Origin: Bdellovibrionota bacterium
Lineage (GTDB): Bacteria > Bdellovibrionota > UBA1018 > CAUJDS01
DNA: 64,000 bases
Direction of reading: 5' to 3'
Assembly (NCBI GenBank): GCA_963169695.1
Contig: CAUJDS010000011.1
Span: forward strand, 121,499-185,498
A program made the translations under genes and the position numbers. How positions within the stretch are numbered: position 1 is the stretch's first letter; every line of letters starts with the position of its first letter. The notes beneath the pieces were generated by a model. That model worked only from the letters and a program-made list of their open reading frames with translations, made no database searches and was not told the origin of the DNA. Shown here one piece after another: positions 27,909-37,138 of this stretch.

Positions 27909-29498
27909 CTACTTTGCCTGAGTTGCGCTGGGACCCGCGGGACTATTAAGGGAGCCTATTACTGAGGCTGAGTTCATCTTACTCTTCTGATTCGAAACTT
28001 TTGGTGAATCGATCGATGGAGCATGCAATGAGGCTTCTATTTTTCCAATGGTTTTGAGCAGAATTGAGAGCTCACTTATAGCTACAGGATCTTTCTCTCG
28101 AACTTTATTGATCTGAGCTTGGTAGCCGAGCTCCGCTTCTTTGACTGAAACATTGTAACCCTTCGCGATTGCCCACATTATGGCTGGCAGAATCGTAGGA
28201 TTATCCTGAATGTAGGGTAAGGCGGCAATTTCTTTAAGGGATAGAAGTAGAGATCCAATCTCAGTTGTCTCTAATTCAGAAAGCTCTAAGGCGCTCGCAA
28301 CTTTATCTTTGTCACCTATAAAGCGCTTTTTCATTCTCATGCTATCGAGAAGAAAATGCTCAAAGACAGAGTGAGTGTCTTTTTTTCTGTTTTGCTTTGG
28401 ACTCAGGGCCGCAAACTTTGCAGCCGCAAGAAACTCAGGATCGGCCTTGATTTCTTCGGACAAGATCTTTTCATACTGTTTCTTAAATTCCATATCGGAA
28501 CGATTTGCGAGATAGATGAAATAGGAAGGCCCCGCCACCGCCCCATTATCCATTAACAGGTTCATTATCTGCGGAAGTCTAGTGGGAGCTGCAGAATCAA
28601 GGGGTGTTCTACCGAATTCGTCCTTCGCATTTACCGTCGCCCCATTATCGATTAACAGCCTTACCATGCTTTCATCTGCTGAAAAAGCTGCTCCATGAAG
28701 GGGCGTTGTACCTGAATTACTCTTAACGTTTACCTTCGCTCCATTCTTAATCAACAGGTTTACTATTGCCAAGTTACCTTTAAGGACGGCTCGGTGAATT
28801 GGAAAGACTCCGCTAATGTTCTGCGCAGATGCGACTGCACCCTTTTCTATTAGGAGAGCAACTGCGTCTAATTTTCCGGCATTGACTGCTTCGTGAAGTG
28901 GCGTGTCACCCTCGGCGTCTTTGGCGTTGACGTCCGCGCCCTTTGAGATCAGTAAGTTTATCGTTTCGAGACTGCCTTCGTGAGCTGCGAAGTGAAGGGC
29001 TGATTGTCCACTAAAATCTCTGACGTCTACATCCATTCCTTTTTTAATCAACAATTCAGCTGCTTTGGCCTTTCCTGCTCCAGCAGAACTATGAAGAACC
29101 GTTTCACCATACACATTCGATTTGCCTTTAAATTCTACGCCAACACTCATCAGCAGGATTAATGTGTCAATTTGACCCGCACGAGCTGCATAGTCCAGCA
29201 CCGTATCGCCACGAACGTCGCTGGCGGTTAGGTCTGCTCCGTTTGAAATTAATCGCATAACTATATTAGCACTCCCTTCGCTAGAAGCGCGAAATAGAGG
29301 TGAATCGCTACTGTATGAAAGGCTATTAATACTAGCGCCTGAATGAATCGCGGCGTTAACTCTTTTTTCATCTTTTGCCTCAATAGCGTACCTTAGCTCA
29401 CTCTGGAGTGCTTCCTTCTCGTCAGTGACTTGAGCATGAGCGAAAGTAGTCAAAAGGAGAAATCCCAGACTGGCACAGCAAACTCTTGGAGGTATCAT
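27909..29498 (-). CDS. Secreted ankyrin-repeat protein
   Basis: Signal peptide, then about 9 ANK repeats such as 'GDTPLHEAVNAGKLDAVALLIEKGA' and 'GTTPLHGAAFSADESMVRLLIDNGA'. There is a non-ANK C-terminal region. Confidence 0.85.
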   Translation of the reverse strand: MIPPRVCCASLGFLLLTTFAHAQVTDEKEALQSELRYAIEAKDEKRVNAAIHSGASINSLSYSSDSPLFRASSEGSANIVMRLISNGADLTASDVRGDTVLDYAARAGQIDTLILLMSVGVEFKGKSNVYGETVLHSSAGAGKAKAAELLIKKGMDVDVRDFSGQSALHFAAHEGSLETINLLISKGADVNAKDAEGDTPLHEAVNAGKLDAVALLIEKGAVASAQNISGVFPIHRAVLKGNLAIVNLLIKNGAKVNVKSNSGTTPLHGAAFSADESMVRLLIDNGATVNAKDEFGRTPLDSAAPTRLPQIMNLLMDNGAVAGPSYFIYLANRSDMEFKKQYEKILSEEIKADPEFLAAAKFAALSPKQNRKKDTHSVFEHFLLDSMRMKKRFIGDKDKVASALELSELETTEIGSLLLSLKEIAALPYIQDNPTILPAIMWAIAKGYNVSVKEAELGYQAQINKVREKDPVAISELSILLKTIGKIEASLHAPSIDSPKVSNQKSKMNSASVIGSLNSPAGPSATQAK

Positions 29499-30140
29499 AA
29501 CTATTTGCTCCTATTAATGATCGCTTCTATAAGGGAGCAAAACGCATGCCAGAGGCAAGTGTAGCAAATTACGCCCCCTGGCTAAAGCATTCAACGCGTA
29601 AGCCCTCAATTAGGCCCTAACTGTAATGGTGGATTTCGACCGGCGTAGAAATAGATTGAGCATGTGACTATTGAATCTTCACAATAAGGCTCCGATTCCC
29701 TAATTTTTTTAGGCAGGGAAAGTGCCTGCGGATGGGGCGGTGCCGGAGGCAGGGACTATTTTACATAATGTGAATATATTTTTCTAACAACCTTGCCCTA
29801 AGCAAAGCATTTTTCTACTTCGTGGCGCACGAACTGGACCGTCGTACAGTACGACGTGTGCACGATACTCGAGAAGCCCGCAGTGAACCTTTTGCGAACA
29901 TGGTCAGAGAAAAAGGGGCAAAGCTGGTTATTCCGATTGTGACTTGATTGTGAGTGCAAAATAAAATACAGACGATTTTCTTCTTGGTGCATTGATAAGC
30001 AACTTTATTTTTAACGCCTCGACAGTTGTCCAATCTTTCTCACTAGCTTGCTAAGGCTTCCCACTTTCATTCAGAGCAGCAAATGTTCATCGTGCAGGGA
30101 GGATGTCGTTCTTATGAAAGAAACGCAATAGAAGCCAAAG

Positions 30141-30794
30141 GTGCCAGAAAAAGTGAAGCAAAAAACCCGTGGTAAGTTCCATCTCGTTGAAAGGAACTCT
30201 CCAATGTCTCACCTACCTTGTTCTCTCCACGATCAAGCCTTGAAGCTTTCAAGACAGGACCTAGCTTGCGAGAAAGAACTTTTAGAAATTCTGGTAAAGA
30301 TTGATGCCAAGAAAGTCTATCTTGAGCAAGGCTATGCAAGTTTGACTGAGTATTCGCATAAGGCTCTCGGACTTTCTCGAGACGTCACCTGGATCCTTGT
30401 CTACATTGTCCATAAGTCCAAAGCCATACCGGAGCTTAAGCAAGCGGTGCAATTGGGAGTACTGCCTCTCAGTAAGGCTAGGCAGATTGCCCCCCATTTG
30501 ACGAAAGAAAATTCTGAAAAGTTCATCGCACTTGCGCAAGCCATGCCTAGAGAGAAACTCCAAGAAGCCCTCGCCAAAGAATGTCCTAAGATTCCAAGCG
30601 TGGAAGAGCGTGCTCGGGTAATCAACGCGACACAGGCTGAGCTTTCTTTGTGCCTGCCAAAAGAAGTCATGGAAAAAATCCGCCGTGCGCAAGACCGAGT
30701 ATCCTGTCATCCACTATCGACTTCCCAGGTTCAAACCCGCCTTGCTGGGGTTACACTAACTTTGTTTGAGTCCGGGATTATCAGTGGCCTTTAG
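30141..30794 (+). CDS. Hypothetical protein (217 aa)
   Basis: ORF only. It lies downstream of a 640-bp divergent intergenic region, and no family was confidently recognised. Confidence 0.35.
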   Translation: MPEKVKQKTRGKFHLVERNSPMSHLPCSLHDQALKLSRQDLACEKELLEILVKIDAKKVYLEQGYASLTEYSHKALGLSRDVTWILVYIVHKSKAIPELKQAVQLGVLPLSKARQIAPHLTKENSEKFIALAQAMPREKLQEALAKECPKIPSVEERARVINATQAELSLCLPKEVMEKIRRAQDRVSCHPLSTSQVQTRLAGVTLTLFESGIISGL

Positions 30795-30796
30795 AG

Positions 30797-31330
30797 ATGC
30801 GTCCCGGACCCTCAGCCCTCTGGATTGAACTTGGGAGCTGTGCTAGAACCATTTCAATTATGCATAGAACGTTGCAGATACTATTGGTTTTTTTTGTACT
30901 AAATTTCGTTGGGCAATCCAGCGCACTTGAAAATACTCCTCAAACAAAACCACAGATAGCAAAAGCTTCCTCCATAGCATCCTTCAAAAATGGCACCCGA
31001 GCACCCCTGGAAGCACTGCTTAAAAGCAAGTTCATGGAGTTGGATGGATCAGAAGCGCTTAACTTTAGGATCCAGCTCTTTGACTACTACCGCGTCAATC
31101 CTGTTCTTTTTATGAAAGCTTTTTTGTCGGTTACGACCCTGAAGGCAAAGGCACTCGCTGACCTCTGGGTTATTGAGGCGGAGCCAATTCCTCTGAATGA
31201 TCTAGCAGCCTTAACAAAAAAACATCTGCACCATAAGGAAGTGGGGGCCGCATTTACTGAACTTGAAAAAGCAATTCAAGAAAGAATTCGAATTCTAACC
31301 AATGAGAGACCCAAAGAATGGAAAGAGTAA
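30797..31330 (+). CDS. Hypothetical secreted protein
   Basis: An N-terminal hydrophobic segment 'LQILLVFFVLNFVGQSSALE' follows an extended N-terminus. Confidence 0.4.
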   Translation: MRPGPSALWIELGSCARTISIMHRTLQILLVFFVLNFVGQSSALENTPQTKPQIAKASSIASFKNGTRAPLEALLKSKFMELDGSEALNFRIQLFDYYRVNPVLFMKAFLSVTTLKAKALADLWVIEAEPIPLNDLAALTKKHLHHKEVGAAFTELEKAIQERIRILTNERPKEWKE

Positions 31331-31512
31331 TTGAATTCGTAGCAATTGTACCTAAGGATAGGTATTTTTCGGGAAGAGCGCGTATTTTTGAAAATGGAAA
31401 GCTACTGAGAGAAATCGAAGTTCTGGCCCGAGGCAGTCGTGGCCCGGGTGATACTCAATTTTTGAAATCTGGAAATCCACCACAGATAAAAGTGACCGTT
31501 TCTGAGAATTGA

Positions 31513-32172
31513 GTGAACTTAAGAAATAGTTATCAACTATGTCTCCTCCTCCTCTTCAATACCGCCGCATGGGCAGGCGAGACAGGGTCTTCTTCTGACT
31601 TGAACCAATGCAAAGCCGCGTTTCATCTTTCAACTTTTAGAAATCAGTTTCCTATTTCTGTGGAAGCGCTTCGTCGCTGGGAAGTAGCATTGCCGACTAA
31701 CTGGAGGCCGTCGTTTCTTCGACTCTTTCTTAGCGAATGGGACACCAGGGCAGTGAAGGATCTGCACCTCGAAGGTGCCGGAGTTGCCTCTAGCCGAGTG
31801 ATAGAAATTGCGCAAAGACTTCAAATGCATTGGGCACAATGGGAGTTTTTCAGGAAGGGGCATTGGACCCTTCGAAATATCCTTGTCACCAATCGACACA
31901 ACAAGGCGCGAGAGTCTTATAGGCAGTTTCTCAAAGTACTGATTGCGAATGACCTCATGACTGCCAACAGTGAAGTCATCTCCCAAAAACTAGAATGGGA
32001 CTTAGCCGTCGTAGAAACCCTATTAGGAATACGCGCAGAACTGGCCAAACTGATTGATAGCCTCTCAAACAAGAAACTCAAACTACTGGGTCAGAAACTC
32101 TACCTGGAAGGAAAGGTTTGGCCCGGTCCCCAAGAAGACCTTCATCGCGCTCTCTTGGACTTACTCCCATAG
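31513..32172 (+). CDS. Hypothetical secreted protein
   Basis: Signal peptide 'LCLLLLFNTAAWAGE'. Confidence 0.4.
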   Translation: MNLRNSYQLCLLLLFNTAAWAGETGSSSDLNQCKAAFHLSTFRNQFPISVEALRRWEVALPTNWRPSFLRLFLSEWDTRAVKDLHLEGAGVASSRVIEIAQRLQMHWAQWEFFRKGHWTLRNILVTNRHNKARESYRQFLKVLIANDLMTANSEVISQKLEWDLAVVETLLGIRAELAKLIDSLSNKKLKLLGQKLYLEGKVWPGPQEDLHRALLDLLP

Positions 32173-32591
32173 ACTGCGCCAGCTACCATAGATGCTCCCA
32201 CTGTCTGAACAATCCCCGCCAGAATCCATGCGACGATAAGATTAATGGGGATGGGGGAAACTGTATACTGAACCAAAATGGGAGCTATCATCAGTGGGGC
32301 CAATAAAAACCCAAACCGAAAACCTTCCGCCACTCCATTTCCGTTTTCGTATCCACGGGCGAAGAGAATGGTGAGGAACTTGGCAGAGATTAGCTGACTC
32401 AGAAACATCCAAAATATCCGCTTTTGCATTTCTTCTTCGGTCCGCCAGAGGCTAGCGGTGTCCATATAGGTCGTCTTAAGTAGCACTCCGTGAATCAAAA
32501 AGTCACTGGCCCATATAAACAAAAAAACAGCTACCATTGAAAAGGTCAATTTGGTTAGATTGATATTTTTAATGAATTTTCTGAAAATCAT
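32142..32591 (-). CDS. Small membrane protein (DUF1761-like)
   Basis: Four TM segments. The assignment is by resemblance only. Confidence 0.4.
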   Translation of the reverse strand: MIFRKFIKNINLTKLTFSMVAVFLFIWASDFLIHGVLLKTTYMDTASLWRTEEEMQKRIFWMFLSQLISAKFLTILFARGYENGNGVAEGFRFGFLLAPLMIAPILVQYTVSPIPINLIVAWILAGIVQTVGASMVAGAVYGSKSKRAR

Positions 32592-32845
32592 AGCGGCCCC
32601 TTGGGGTTAAGAATCTGATCTCATAAGATTACTTTGAATTTCAAATTGCGCGAAGTGACAAAATGAACCAAATCAATTTCAGAAAGCTTTTTCTCGTCGA
32701 ACTTCTCGACAGGCGCCCAGTCTGTTTTCGTTAGAAGCTGATTTTTAAAGATGCATTGCCCTCTGCTCCATTGCAGTGAGGACTCAGGACGACGCCCTGG
32801 CACACCCCTTGCTCTTCTCTTCCTTGCGGAAGTGAGCGCAGACGT

Positions 32846-34933
32846 ATGATGTGGCGGATGAAACAACTTGAAACACGAATGCAGGAGGTCCTATTCCTCT
32901 TGGCGTGGTCGGGTGCGCTTTCACTCTTCTTTGGCGCGGTCTTTTTCCTCGGCCTTGATCCCTTCTCACTGCTATCCCTTACAGGTTCTTCCGGGAGAAA
33001 AGCTCTCGATTGGCTCTTTCGCTATTTGGGATTTGCAACTTTCTATGGATCTTTTAGTTTGATTTTCTTGGGCCAATTCGTCTTGTCACGTGCTTCGCAG
33101 TGGGAAGACCTTTTTCGACTTTGGTCGGGACTTCTTTTCCAGATTGCTTTGCAAATTGGATCCTTGCTTCTATTGGCAAGTACCTTGACGGTTTTTCAAT
33201 CCTATTTTCTCTATCGCAGTCCCGTTTTGCTAGCACATGGATCAGGCGGCTGGCTCGGCCAAGTCATCGGAGGAAATCTTTTTATTCAATTTGGACTCTA
33301 TGGATCCTTGGTCCTACTCTCCGTTGGAAGTCTGTTGGTTGCTATTTTATCAGGAGCCCTCCAGCTTGCAACAGCATGGCAACTCTTAGTCGATGGCCTC
33401 CGGGCGATTCTTCACAAGACCATCGAGGCCAGTGCATGGATCTTTGATCATATTCTTTATACCTTTGGCTATGACCCCAAGACGCTTGATCGCTGGTTGA
33501 ATCGACGCTATGGAAATACTGAAGATGAACCTACGGACAATGTCGTACGGCTTCGAAGTTTAAGCATGGAACCCGTTTTCAAAGCGGAGGAAGCGAAAGC
33601 TCCCCAGTCGACGCCTTCAGAAAACAAATCGAATAAAACCACCTCAAACCACAAGAAAGCCTCGCCTAAGTCAGAACCTCAAGTAGAAGGAACCGCGGCA
33701 CTCGAGGTACAGCCCGAAGCGGTGGATCCTCACGAGTTGATTGATTTTGAAGGACGCTACACGAGGCCCGACGTACAGCTCCTCAAAAAAGGTATCAAGC
33801 CGCATTTTCTTTCAGACAAGGACGCAAAGAAGACAGCGGATGAGCTTGAAGAACGTCTGAAGAGCTTCCAGATCTTCGGAAAAATCACCGCCATCCACCA
33901 AGGCGTGCGATTGACTCTTTTTGAATTTCAGCCCGATGCGGGAGTGAAGGTGAGTAAAATTACCAGCCTATCCGATGACCTCGCATTGCTCCTTGGTGCA
34001 AGCTCTATTCGAATCATGGCTCCGATTCCCGGTAAGACCTCTGTAGGAATTGAAGTCCCCAACACCGACCCTTCGCCACTCTTGTTCTCAGATTTAGTCC
34101 GTGGCGTGCAGAATGAAGCCAAATCTCGAGCGCTGCCCATTGCCCTTGGAAAAGACGTAACCGGAAAAGTGATTATTGAAGACATCGCTACCATGCCCCA
34201 CCTATTGGTGGCGGGTACGACAGGATCAGGCAAGAGCGTGTTTATGAATACGCTGATTCAAAGTCTTCTTTTTACTCGTTCACCCAAAGAGCTACGGCTC
34301 CTTATGATCGACCCTAAGATGATTGAGCTGACTCCCTATAACGGAATCCCTCACCTGCTCCAGCCGGTGATCACGGATCTGGATCAAGCTAAGGATCTTC
34401 TGGTCTGGGCAGAAAAAGAAATGGACCTGCGCTACCAACGCTTTGCCGATTTGGGTGCCAGAAATATTACTTCCTTCAACGAAAAAATTACTACCAGCTC
34501 GCAAGCCGCAACCGAGCGAAGGGTTGCCAAAAAGCTCAACTGGGAATGGAAAGAAATGCCTTACATCGTCATCCTTGTGGATGAGTTGGCTGACCTGATG
34601 ATTACGCAAGGCAAGGACGTAGAAATTCCGATTACCCGAATCGCACAGAAAGCGCGCGCGGCCGGAATCCACTTGGTCCTTGCGACGCAGCGACCTTCTT
34701 CTGATATTGTTACGGGTTTGATCAAGACCAATTTTCCAACTCGAATTTCATTCAAAGTCTCTTCGGCCATTGATTCACGAACGATTCTGGATAGCTCCGG
34801 AGCCGAGAAGCTGCTAGGCAATGGCGATCTTCTTTTCATCCCCAATGGCAAATCCATGCAGCGAATTCAAGCCAGCTTTGTTTCTGAAGATGAAGTGAAG
34901 CGGGTTGTCAAAGCCATCTCAAATGGGAAGTAA
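32846..34933 (+). CDS. ftsK: DNA translocase FtsK (N-terminal membrane domain + motor; no gamma domain)
   Basis: Walker A 'LLVAGTTGSGKSVFMN', 'HLVLATQRPSSDIVTGLIKTNFPTRISFKVSS' and 'GNGDLLF'. The protein ends at '...EVKRVVKAISNGK*' with no winged-helix gamma domain. Confidence 0.9.
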   Translation: MMWRMKQLETRMQEVLFLLAWSGALSLFFGAVFFLGLDPFSLLSLTGSSGRKALDWLFRYLGFATFYGSFSLIFLGQFVLSRASQWEDLFRLWSGLLFQIALQIGSLLLLASTLTVFQSYFLYRSPVLLAHGSGGWLGQVIGGNLFIQFGLYGSLVLLSVGSLLVAILSGALQLATAWQLLVDGLRAILHKTIEASAWIFDHILYTFGYDPKTLDRWLNRRYGNTEDEPTDNVVRLRSLSMEPVFKAEEAKAPQSTPSENKSNKTTSNHKKASPKSEPQVEGTAALEVQPEAVDPHELIDFEGRYTRPDVQLLKKGIKPHFLSDKDAKKTADELEERLKSFQIFGKITAIHQGVRLTLFEFQPDAGVKVSKITSLSDDLALLLGASSIRIMAPIPGKTSVGIEVPNTDPSPLLFSDLVRGVQNEAKSRALPIALGKDVTGKVIIEDIATMPHLLVAGTTGSGKSVFMNTLIQSLLFTRSPKELRLLMIDPKMIELTPYNGIPHLLQPVITDLDQAKDLLVWAEKEMDLRYQRFADLGARNITSFNEKITTSSQAATERRVAKKLNWEWKEMPYIVILVDELADLMITQGKDVEIPITRIAQKARAAGIHLVLATQRPSSDIVTGLIKTNFPTRISFKVSSAIDSRTILDSSGAEKLLGNGDLLFIPNGKSMQRIQASFVSEDEVKRVVKAISNGK

Positions 34934-34982
34934 TTCAAGGAATTGACGCGGATACCTGAATTGAGAGAGTCTCCTCCCCACT

Positions 34983-36374
34983 ATGACAGAACGAGCCCTC
35001 CTTTGGTTTCGGCGCGACCTTCGCCTTGAAGATCACAAAGCGCTTTCCTTGGCCACTGAACTCCACTCCTGGGTGGCTCCCGTATTTGTTTTTGATACAA
35101 CCATCCTCTCAGCTTTGCAGAACCGACAAGACCGCCGGCTCACTTTTATTTGGGATTCCCTCCAAGTCATTCAAAAAAAACTCGCCCAGCAAGGCAAGCA
35201 CCTCATCGTCCTCCATGGAGACCCCAGGACAGAAATTCCACGGATCGCCAAGGAGCTGGGGATTCACACAGTCTTCACAAATGAAGACTATGAGCCCCAA
35301 GCCAAACTTCGAGATCAGAAGGTTCAAGCATCCCTTCAAGAGCTGGGTATCCAGTTTCGATCCCTCAAGGATCAGGTGATCTTTTCGGGATCCGAAGTAC
35401 TCAAATCCGACGGAACGCCTTATCAAGTCTTCACGCCTTACTCGAAGGCTTGGATTCAACACCTTCGCCCCTCTCACCTCGAAGAAAAGTGTGCGCGCCT
35501 GGAATCGCTAGCACCTGCGACAGACCTTAAGCATTACTTGGCCTTCCCGGACCTAGCGGCACTTGGCTTTCAGAGATGCTCTCTTTGGTTAGAACCAGGC
35601 GCTGATGCGGGACTTCGACGATTGAAACAGTTCATCCCTCATATGTCCGCTTATGCCGAGCAAAGAGATTTCCCGCAATTTGAGCTGGGTACTTCAGGGC
35701 TCTCGGGTCATCTGCGATTTGGTACGGTGTCCATTCGACAGCTCCTTAGAACGTATCGCGAAAATCGGAGCGCAGGTGCGCGTGTCTGGCTTTCCGAATT
35801 GATTTGGCGTGAATTCTATCAAATGTTGCTGGATCAGTTTCCTCACGTGGAGACCAAGACTTTTCGCCCCGAATGGAACTCCATTGTTTGGCCCGGCACT
35901 TCAGAACACCTTCAAGCATGGCAGAACGGAGAAACAGGCTACCCCATTGTTGATGCTGCCATGAGACACTTCAACGAAACAGGCTGGATGCACAATCGTT
36001 TGAGAATGATCGTTGCTTCTTTTTTGACCAAAGACCTCTTGATCGATTGGCGCAAAGGCGAAGCCTATTTTGCTTCAGGACTATTGGACTTCGATCTCGC
36101 TGCCAATAACGGAGGTTGGCAATGGTGCGCTTCCACAGGGTGCGATGCGCAGCCTTATTTTAGGATCTTCAATCCCACAAGCCAGTCACTGAAGTTTGAT
36201 CCACAGGGAAAATGGATCCGTGCGATACTGCCTGAATTAAGGAACCTTTCGGATAAGGAGATCCACGAACCATGGAAAGCCTCGGTGCCATCTTATCCCG
36301 CCCCTATAGTGGACCACGCTCAACAAAGGCCCCTGGCATTGGCTCTCTACGAAAAAGCGAGGAAGCACAAATGA
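34983..36374 (+). CDS. phr: Deoxyribodipyrimidine photolyase/cryptochrome family protein
   Basis: 'LLWFRRDLRLEDHKAL' and 'WREFYQ' are present. The FAD-binding block is 'MRHFNETGWMHNRLRMIVASFLTKDLLIDWRKGEAYFASGLLDFDLAANNGGWQW'. Confidence 0.9.
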   Translation: MTERALLWFRRDLRLEDHKALSLATELHSWVAPVFVFDTTILSALQNRQDRRLTFIWDSLQVIQKKLAQQGKHLIVLHGDPRTEIPRIAKELGIHTVFTNEDYEPQAKLRDQKVQASLQELGIQFRSLKDQVIFSGSEVLKSDGTPYQVFTPYSKAWIQHLRPSHLEEKCARLESLAPATDLKHYLAFPDLAALGFQRCSLWLEPGADAGLRRLKQFIPHMSAYAEQRDFPQFELGTSGLSGHLRFGTVSIRQLLRTYRENRSAGARVWLSELIWREFYQMLLDQFPHVETKTFRPEWNSIVWPGTSEHLQAWQNGETGYPIVDAAMRHFNETGWMHNRLRMIVASFLTKDLLIDWRKGEAYFASGLLDFDLAANNGGWQWCASTGCDAQPYFRIFNPTSQSLKFDPQGKWIRAILPELRNLSDKEIHEPWKASVPSYPAPIVDHAQQRPLALALYEKARKHK

Positions 36375-37138
36375 AACGGTTGCCTTCGCAGAAAATTCTG
36401 GCGATTTTTCTACTCGCGCTGCTCATCACCCCAGCAGAGGCCAAAGATCAGACCTACGAAACCACCAACAAGAAAGTCCACCTCCTCGAACTCTTTACTT
36501 CGGAAGGATGCAGTTTTTGTCCCGCAGGCGAGGAACGCTTCTCCTCCTTTCTCACTCCACAAAGGCTATGGAAGGAGATCGTGCCCGTTTCTTATCACGT
36601 CGATTATTGGGATCATCTGGGTTGGTTAGATGCACTCTCTCAACAGAAGTTCACCACGAGACAAAGAAACTACGCGCGTGGCAGCAAGACAGGAAACGTC
36701 TACACTCCGAGTTTCTTTCTGAACGGCGCGGAGTGGACTACTTGGCATCTCAAGCCCGTACCTAGCAATCCACTTTTCTATGGAACCTTGAAAGCCGTTT
36801 TTCATTCCTCGAGTGGCGTCCTTGACCTCAAATTCTGGCCCAGCACTGGGACCAAGGCACAGAACTGGAAGTTTGTTGCTAGTCTCACAAGCCTCTCAGG
36901 TTCCGTCGCCATTCAGGCGGGAGAAAACAAGGGCAAGCGGTTGCGGCACCGCTTTTCGGCTCTGAATCTTTTAGAAACTCCGGGCATCGCTCAAAAAGAC
37001 GGATCGTATTTGGGGAGCTTGAACCTCTTTCAAGATGCAAAGAAGGGATCAGCCGAATCGGGTCTGGGCTTTTCGGCATGGGTACTACCCGAAGGCTCTC
37101 ACATTCCGGTCCAGGCGCTAGGAGGCGAACTACCATGA
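36371..37138 (+). CDS. DUF1223 thioredoxin-like secreted protein
   Basis: The start overlaps the phr stop (ATGA). Signal peptide 'ILAIFLLALLITPAEA', then 'LFTSEGCSFCPAGEERF' and 'VSYHVDYWDHLGW'. Confidence 0.65.
   Translation: MKRLPSQKILAIFLLALLITPAEAKDQTYETTNKKVHLLELFTSEGCSFCPAGEERFSSFLTPQRLWKEIVPVSYHVDYWDHLGWLDALSQQKFTTRQRNYARGSKTGNVYTPSFFLNGAEWTTWHLKPVPSNPLFYGTLKAVFHSSSGVLDLKFWPSTGTKAQNWKFVASLTSLSGSVAIQAGENKGKRLRHRFSALNLLETPGIAQKDGSYLGSLNLFQDAKKGSAESGLGFSAWVLPEGSHIPVQALGGELP

Noticed and set aside
36272-36370. Upstream extension of the DUF1223 ORF (annotated ORF start 36272)
   Set aside because: The extension lies inside the photolyase coding region and lacks a signal peptide. The Met at 36371 gives a canonical signal peptide and an ATGA coupling.
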